A stretch of DNA of 29,841 nucleotides from the NCBI GenBank assembly GCA_937921735.1, contig CAKZTQ010000039.1:1-29841 (forward strand), written 5' to 3'. This stretch comes from an uncultured archaeon. GTDB lineage: Archaea > Hadarchaeota > Hadarchaeia > Hadarchaeales > Hadarchaeaceae. The position numbers were made by a program, and so were the translations under genes. The notes below the pieces were generated by a model. That model ran no database searches, had not been told where the DNA came from, and was given only the letters and a program-made list of their open reading frames with translations. The number at the start of each line of letters is the position of its first letter. Positions within the stretch are counted from its first letter, which is position 1. Below, piece after piece: positions 24,255-29,841 of the stretch.

Positions 24255-26060
24255 ATGAGGTTAAAGTTGCTCCGAGTGGACCTTTCGTCTGGCTCCATGA
24301 GAGATGAAATGGTGGACGATGAAGACGTGGAGAAATTCATAGGGGGACGGGGACTCGGGGTAAAAATTCTCATGGATGAACTAAAGCCCGGCGTCGACCC
24401 TTTGGGGCCGGAAAACAAGCTGATCTTCATGGTCGGCCCGGCGACGGGAACTGCCTTTCCCGCCAGCGGCAGGTTCCACGTGATCACGAAATCCCCGCTG
24501 ACGGGTGGGATAGGGGACTCCAACTGCGGGGGAGACTTCGGTCCAGAGCTGAGGTTCGCGGGTTACGAGGGCATCATCTTTGAGGGCAGGGCGGACGAGC
24601 CAGTTTACCTCTGGCTACACAACGGGGAGGCCGAGCTTCGACCTGCGAAACGCTATTGGGGCAAGGGCACATGGGATACCGAGGACGGCATTCGCAGGGA
24701 GCTGAAGGATCCGGCGGTTAAGATAGCCAGCATCGGTCCGGCGGGAGAGAACTTGGCCATGTGCGCAGCTATAATCAACGACAAACATCGCGCCGCGGGC
24801 AGGACGGGCGTGGGAGCGGTAATGGGCAGCAAGCGCCTTAAGGCGGTGGCCGTGAGGGGAACGAAAAAGCCGCCCATCGCGGACGAGGGAAAGCTCAAGG
24901 CAGCCGTGGAGAAGGCGCTGAAGATGATCAAGGACAGTCCAGTCACGGGGCAAAGCCTGCCCAAGTACGGCACGGCCGTCCTCGTAAACATCATCAACGA
25001 GGCCGGCATCTACCCGACTCGCAACTTTCAGACGGGCGTTTTCCCGACGGCGGACAAGACGGGAGGCGAGACCATAGAGAGGACCGTGCTCGTGAGGGCC
25101 AAAGCATGCTGGGGCTGTCCGATCGCGTGCGGCAGGGTGTCAAAGGTGACACAACCACCTTATCAAGTGGAGGGCGAGGGGCCCGAATACGAGACTACGT
25201 GGGCGCTCGGTGCGCAGTGCGGCATAGACGACCTCGCAGCGATAGTCAAGGCTCACAACCTCTGCGACGAGCTCGGCATAGACCCCATCTCCTTCGGGAG
25301 CACCGTGGGCTGCGCGATGGAGCTCTACGAGAGGGGTAAGATCTCCAAGGAAAGGCTGGGAGGGCTCGAGCTCAAGTTTGGCAATCCACAGGCGATCGTG
25401 GAGCTAGCTTGGAGGACGGCCTTCCGCGTGGGCTTCGGCGACGACATAGCGCTCGGCGCGAGGAAGCTCGCCGAGAAGTACGGCATGCCGGAGCTCGCGA
25501 TGCACTCAAAGGGACTCGAATTGCCGGCCTACGATCCAAGGGGCGTACAGGGCCACGGGTTGGGTTATGCGACGAGCAATAGAGGTGGCTGTCACCTTCG
25601 CGCGTACATGATCGCGCCGGAGATCATCGGCGTGCCCGAGCGCCTCGACAGGTTTGCGACGGAGGGCAAGGCAAAATGGGTGAAGACCTTTCAGGATCTC
25701 TTCGCCGTCTGCGACTCGGCGGTCGTCTGCAAGTTCTTGACCTTCGCGATAGGGGCACAGGAGATCGCCGAGATGCTCAACGCCATCGCCGGCTGGAACT
25801 GGACCGCCGACGACCTCCTCGGGGCTGGCGAGCGGATATACAACCTCGAGAGGCTCTTCATCAATCGCGAGGGCTTTGGGCGCGAGCACGACACCCTTCC
25901 GCAAAGGCTGCTGAAGGAACCCATGCCCGAGGGTCCTTCGAAGGGACATGTGGTGAGGCTAGACGCGATGCTCGACGAATACTATAAATTGCGGGGATGG
26001 AAGGACGGAAGGCCGACGCCGGAGAAGCTGAAGGAGCTTGGACTCAGCGAGTACACCTAG
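24255..26060 (+). CDS. aor: Tungsten-containing aldehyde:ferredoxin oxidoreductase
   Basis: LRVDLS, IGGRGLG, KSPLTG, IGPAGEN, GR.GVGAVMGSK.LKA, CWGCPIAC, PEYET, DELGID, YDPR, RGGCH, YY.LRGW. Confidence 0.95.
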   Translation: MRLKLLRVDLSSGSMRDEMVDDEDVEKFIGGRGLGVKILMDELKPGVDPLGPENKLIFMVGPATGTAFPASGRFHVITKSPLTGGIGDSNCGGDFGPELRFAGYEGIIFEGRADEPVYLWLHNGEAELRPAKRYWGKGTWDTEDGIRRELKDPAVKIASIGPAGENLAMCAAIINDKHRAAGRTGVGAVMGSKRLKAVAVRGTKKPPIADEGKLKAAVEKALKMIKDSPVTGQSLPKYGTAVLVNIINEAGIYPTRNFQTGVFPTADKTGGETIERTVLVRAKACWGCPIACGRVSKVTQPPYQVEGEGPEYETTWALGAQCGIDDLAAIVKAHNLCDELGIDPISFGSTVGCAMELYERGKISKERLGGLELKFGNPQAIVELAWRTAFRVGFGDDIALGARKLAEKYGMPELAMHSKGLELPAYDPRGVQGHGLGYATSNRGGCHLRAYMIAPEIIGVPERLDRFATEGKAKWVKTFQDLFAVCDSAVVCKFLTFAIGAQEIAEMLNAIAGWNWTADDLLGAGERIYNLERLFINREGFGREHDTLPQRLLKEPMPEGPSKGHVVRLDAMLDEYYKLRGWKDGRPTPEKLKELGLSEYT

Positions 26061-26109
26061 CGACGCGATGATCCCGACGGGTCACCGGACGACCGAGCGG
26101 TTGAGCACG

Positions 26110-26592
26110 TCACCACCAGCCTAGCCACCAGTAGATTACCCTGAAGGCGATCAGCGCGGCCAAGCCCACCGCCGCCGGGATGATGCCGAGCCAAGCCCTC
26201 TCCAAAAGCCCCAGGGCGACCATGGGCTCCATCAACCCGTACGCAAGCTGCGACGAGGTGAAGAAGGAAAGGAGGAGCTTGGCTATGATGTCCTCGATCG
26301 CATGCCAGAGGACGTAGAAGACCGCGCCTGCCCCTAGGCCTCCCGCTGAGAATATAAAAAGCGTGTCGATCAGACCCCTGGAAGGAGGGTCGATGCTCAC
26401 GACACCGTAGATGTAGGGGATCTCTATACCGTAGTGGACATCCGCCTCGTAGCCCAGCGCTCTGGCGACGAGAAGGTGGGAGGTCTCGTGGACTACTATC
26501 GATAACCCCAAGAATATCAAGAAGAGCGCCATGCCCCTCACCACATCGCTGGCGGTGCGCTTTCTCCTTCTCCTCCTTGGCAGTATGGTCAA
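26110..26592 (-). CDS. Small membrane protein with HExxH in a TM segment (M50-like metalloprotease)
   Basis: SIVVHETSHLLVA..LG, SAGG, several TM helices; start uncertain. Confidence 0.7.
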   Translation of the reverse strand: MTILPRRRRRKRTASDVVRGMALFLIFLGLSIVVHETSHLLVARALGYEADVHYGIEIPYIYGVVSIDPPSRGLIDTLFIFSAGGLGAGAVFYVLWHAIEDIIAKLLLSFFTSSQLAYGLMEPMVALGLLERAWLGIIPAAVGLAALIAFRVIYWWLGWW

Positions 26593-26696
26593 GCGGACCG
26601 TCCCCTGCTGATGTAGGCCGGAGGAGATTTAAGCGCGCGTCGGAGCAACGCTTATAGCACTCCGACGGATATCTAGAGGGCAAGGCTGCAAGGGAT

Positions 26697-27026
26697 GTGA
26701 ACCGCTTGCTCGAGGAGAGAAGGTGGTGCCCGACCTGCGGAAGGGAAACCCCTGCTATTAAGGTCGGTGGGACCAATTGGTGTGCGATTTGCTACGCGAG
26801 GTGTGCCAAGCGCAGCGTCGTGCCTGAACTTCGGGAGGAGGACCTGCCGCCGAGATGTCCAAGGTGCAACTTGGCTTCGATCTTCATCGTCGGCGACCGC
26901 TTCGGGTGCGAGCGGTGTGGCTACTCCGGACACAAGGATGAAGTACTGGGAAAACTGAGGCCGGAAGTCAACATCTCGCAGGTGGAGGGCGGTGAACCCC
27001 CTGCCCTGAATTCAGCTCGAATTTGA
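26697..27026 (+). CDS. Small double zinc-ribbon protein
   Basis: CPTC, CAIC, CPRC and CERC pairs. Confidence 0.7.
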   Translation: MNRLLEERRWCPTCGRETPAIKVGGTNWCAICYARCAKRSVVPELREEDLPPRCPRCNLASIFIVGDRFGCERCGYSGHKDEVLGKLRPEVNISQVEGGEPPALNSARI

Positions 27027-27034
27027 CGGTTCCA

Positions 27035-28450
27035 TCACGATCGCGAACGCTCATCGCGCCCTAGCCTTTTCCACAGGAGAAATGCGGCCCCTCCCGCTGC
27101 AAGGATCGCGATCGTCACGATGGATATCACGATCGCCGCCGATCCGCCTGGGGTTGTCCCCTTCGATGGCTCCTTTTGCAAGCTGAACTCGTCGAACACG
27201 TCGCCCTCGCTGTCCACCGCCCGAAGACGAAGCATGCCGTTCTCGGACACATCGACGACCAAGTGATGGAACCTGCCCTCGGGTCCGGCGGCCGTGCACC
27301 ATGCGGGAGGGCGTCCGCTCACCGGACCTCCCCATCCGCCGGCAATTATGTAGATGGTCCCCTCCCCGGGCTGCACGATCTCGCCGGGCGCCCTGGTCCA
27401 GTCGAGCGGGTGCGAGCGCTCGTAGCTATGGGTGTGTCCGGAAAGCACTAGGTCGACGCGGTACTTGTCGAACAAAAAGGCCCACTCCTCCTGTCTGGGC
27501 TCAAGGGTGCCCCCTATCACCATTCGCCTGTGGAAGATCACCACCTTCCAGAGATAATCCTTGGACGCCTCCAGCTCGCTCTGCAGCCACACCACCTGCT
27601 CCCTCCAAGCCTCGGAGCGGGGGTCCAGGATCTCGCTGTCGAGCACTATTATCCTCAAATCCGGCCCCCAGCTCAGCGCGTACCACCGCTCGTTGCCTGG
27701 CAGGTTAAACCGTGCGTAGTAGTTCCAAGCGTCGACCTCAGGGCTGTAATCGGTGGGCTCGGGATACACTATCTCGTGGTTCCCTATCGTGGGTATGATC
27801 GGCACCATTAGCCCCTCAGGCGTGACTAGATAGCGATCTAAAGCCTCAAACCAGTCCTCCCACTCCCACTGGTCGTCATAGTAAAAGACGTAGTCACCCA
27901 AGCCGAGGAGGAAGGAAGGGCTTTGCTGCGCCATGAGTTTGGTGTTGTTGTCACGAGACTCCGGCCATTCGGGGTAGGGACGGACATCGGCGCCCGAGTG
28001 CGAGTCCCCGGCGATGACGAATCTGAAGCTCTTCGCCCGCTCAGGTGCTGTGCGGAAGGCGCGCTCCCCGCTCCACCCGTGCTCCGGATGGCCAGCGATG
28101 AAGTAATACACCGTATCCGGCTTTAGGCCGGTGAGCTCGACGTGGTGGACGTAGCCCTTTAACCCCTCATGTCTCACGGGGGTGACAGCCGGGTCCCCCA
28201 CTGCGCGATAGCGGTAGAACTCTGGGTTACCTCCCCTTGGCTCGGTGTCGTAGCGCACCTCTCCAAGATACCCTCGTTCCATCGTGCGCCAGCTGACGTT
28301 GATGCTGTGGGCCGTGTCGTCGCGAGCCCAAGTCAGGTAAACGTAAACCGGAGGGTCTAGACCTTGGGCTTTCACTGGGAGGGTAAAGACCGCGCATGCG
28401 AGGACCGATGAAATTAAAACCGCCGGGACCCAGCCACCCTTCTTCCACAT
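27035..28450 (-). CDS. Secreted, C-terminally anchored purple-acid-phosphatase-like metallophosphoesterase with an FN3-like N-domain
   Basis: Signal peptide, HHVELTGLKPDT.YY, GDSH, GDYV, GNHE, FH, GHTHSYER, C-terminal TM segment plus basic tail. Confidence 0.92.
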   Translation of the reverse strand: MWKKGGWVPAVLISSVLACAVFTLPVKAQGLDPPVYVYLTWARDDTAHSINVSWRTMERGYLGEVRYDTEPRGGNPEFYRYRAVGDPAVTPVRHEGLKGYVHHVELTGLKPDTVYYFIAGHPEHGWSGERAFRTAPERAKSFRFVIAGDSHSGADVRPYPEWPESRDNNTKLMAQQSPSFLLGLGDYVFYYDDQWEWEDWFEALDRYLVTPEGLMVPIIPTIGNHEIVYPEPTDYSPEVDAWNYYARFNLPGNERWYALSWGPDLRIIVLDSEILDPRSEAWREQVVWLQSELEASKDYLWKVVIFHRRMVIGGTLEPRQEEWAFLFDKYRVDLVLSGHTHSYERSHPLDWTRAPGEIVQPGEGTIYIIAGGWGGPVSGRPPAWCTAAGPEGRFHHLVVDVSENGMLRLRAVDSEGDVFDEFSLQKEPSKGTTPGGSAAIVISIVTIAILAAGGAAFLLWKRLGRDERSRS

Positions 28451-28451
28451 C

Positions 28452-29479
28452 TTATCCTCCCGCCTTTGCGCGTCGCCTGAAGCTTCTGCTGCCAGGTACT
28501 ATGATGACCACGGCGATCGCGATCAGCGCTGCGATCTGGCCCCAAGATACCCTGCTCGGAGTTTCCGCTGGCTCAGCGAGGACCTACCATATCACCTCCC
28601 CGTTCCAGCCCTCGGGAGGCGAGAGCCCAGCTAGCGTCACCAGCGTGGGCGCGATATCGATGATGCGGTGCGCCACGTAAGTTTCGCCATGCGTAGCGGT
28701 GCGTCGACGTAAAGGTTGTCGACCATCTCGTAGCCCTTCTTGACGCCGGGGCCTTGCCAGATCGAAAATATTCGCATGTCCGTCTCGTAGCCTCGGCTGT
28801 GGGAGGTGCCGGTTATGCCGTGGTCGGTGGTGATCGCTATCAAGGCTCGATCGAAGACCCCTAGCTCCTTGAGCGCTTGGACGAGCCTGCCCGCGTGGTA
28901 GTCCGCGTTCTCTATCGCCGACCTATATTCCGCGCTGTCGTGGCCGTAGGCGTGGCCCACCCTATCCGGCACCGGGTTGTAAACGTGGGTGAAAAACGGC
29001 CTGTGCTCTATGAACCGCTGAATCGCCACATTCGCTGAGCGCGCGTCCTGATCGCTCCCGTAGTAATAGCCCGTGGAATAGGTCAGCTCTATGCCGCTAT
29101 AGGTTATGGTGCTTCCCCTATCATGGCCGTGGACAGCCCTGCCCTCTCGAACACGTCGAAGATAGATTCCACATCGCTCCAGTACTTGAAGCCAGCCGCG
29201 TTGTGGACCTCGGGGGTGGAGCCGGTCAGGAGCGAGGGGATGGCGTACCCGGTCTCAGAAGGGAAGACCGTCCATGCGTTCCACGTGTACGAACCCTCGC
29301 TTGCTAGTTCGTCGAACGTGGGGATGTTGGCTTGGAGGAGGACATCCGGGCGCACGCAGTCGATCACGATGTATTCGACCTGCTTCGCCTGCTCAGCCTA
29401 GGAGGTCTCGATTCCGAAATATACAAACGAAACGGTTAGCAGCGCCAAGACGAAAACGCCTGCTAGTGCCTTTTTTCAT
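28452..29479 (-). pseudogene. Disrupted alkaline phosphatase/nucleotide pyrophosphatase family exoenzyme
   Basis: Fragments join into signal peptide-IVIDCVRPD..PSET...SLLTG..D.VGH.YG..ITTDHG..DIAPT-TM anchor. There are about three frameshifts and in-frame TAGs at 29398-29400 and 28584-28586. Confidence 0.85.
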
Positions 29480-29719
29480 TTTTCTGGGCACCATCCGCTC
29501 TATTTTTCGGGACATAAAAACACCGCCGCGGCGCCGATTTGTCTTTCAGTTAGAACACCGAATTCAAAATCAAGGATATACTTCGGTAGCTGCCTTAGTC
29601 CCAACCTTCCATCACCCGCGTGACCATAACCAACTTAATGTTTTCTGGCAGAAGCATAAGGTGGCAATATTATTGCTCTATCTCGTTCACGATTACTAAA
29701 AGAATGAAGTTTGCACGTT

Positions 29720-29841
29720 TTAGGGGCTATTCTGGGGGCTTTTTCGAAGTAGGAGTTCTTGGTATTCCGAGTTTACTTTTCCGTATTTTTCTTTGATGGT
29801 TCTGCTGATTTTATGCCAGTCTTGGGCTATTTTTGGCCATA
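29720..29841 (-). CDS. Possible 3' end of an AT-rich gene entering from outside the window
   Basis: Open frame WPKIAQDWHKISRTIKEKYGKVNSEYQELLLRKSPQNSP* reaches the window edge; too short to classify. Confidence 0.35.
   Translation of the reverse strand, partial: WPKIAQDWHKISRTIKEKYGKVNSEYQELLLRKSPQNSP

Noticed and set aside
28452-29479. Pyrrolysine read-through of the two in-frame TAG codons
   Set aside because: The same gene also has several frameshifts and no pyl genes are visible; ordinary decay is simpler.
1-29841. CRISPR array, IS element or rRNA
   Set aside because: No regularly spaced short repeats, transposase motifs or rRNA-like sequence were seen.

Overview
GC-rich archaeal genomic DNA (TBP, SepCysS, Fe-S-type ThiI, Thi4, SAMP/UbaA, AOR, BHB-intron tRNAs). 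The gene set and surface-protein style suggest an anaerobic lineage such as Hadarchaeota; this is inference, not a taxonomic call. From left to right: the 5' part of a very large secreted multi-domain surface protein that runs off the window and is missing from the ORF track; a full-length AroA-like protein that has lost most EPSPS active-site residues, downstream of thiI; a sulfur-handling cluster (thiI, Cys-type thi4, JAMM protease, SepCysS); an Lrp gene divergent from an oxidative-stress operon (rubredoxins, ferritin-like protein, FprA, glutaredoxin, TrxR) followed by hypD-hypC; tbp; an in-frame SAMP(MoaD)-UbaA(E1) fusion followed by moaE and a radical SAM gene; housekeeping genes; two tRNA-Gln genes with non-canonical BHB introns (one has three); aor; a purple-acid-phosphatase-like gene; and a decayed alkaline-phosphatase-family pseudogene. 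The most notable items are the triple-intron tRNA-Gln(CUG), the SAMP-E1 polyprotein that would need cleavage (plausibly by the JAMM protease) within a SepCysS/ThiI/Thi4 sulfur-relay neighbourhood, and the remodelled AroA homologue. All calls come from motif recognition by eye; no searches were run.
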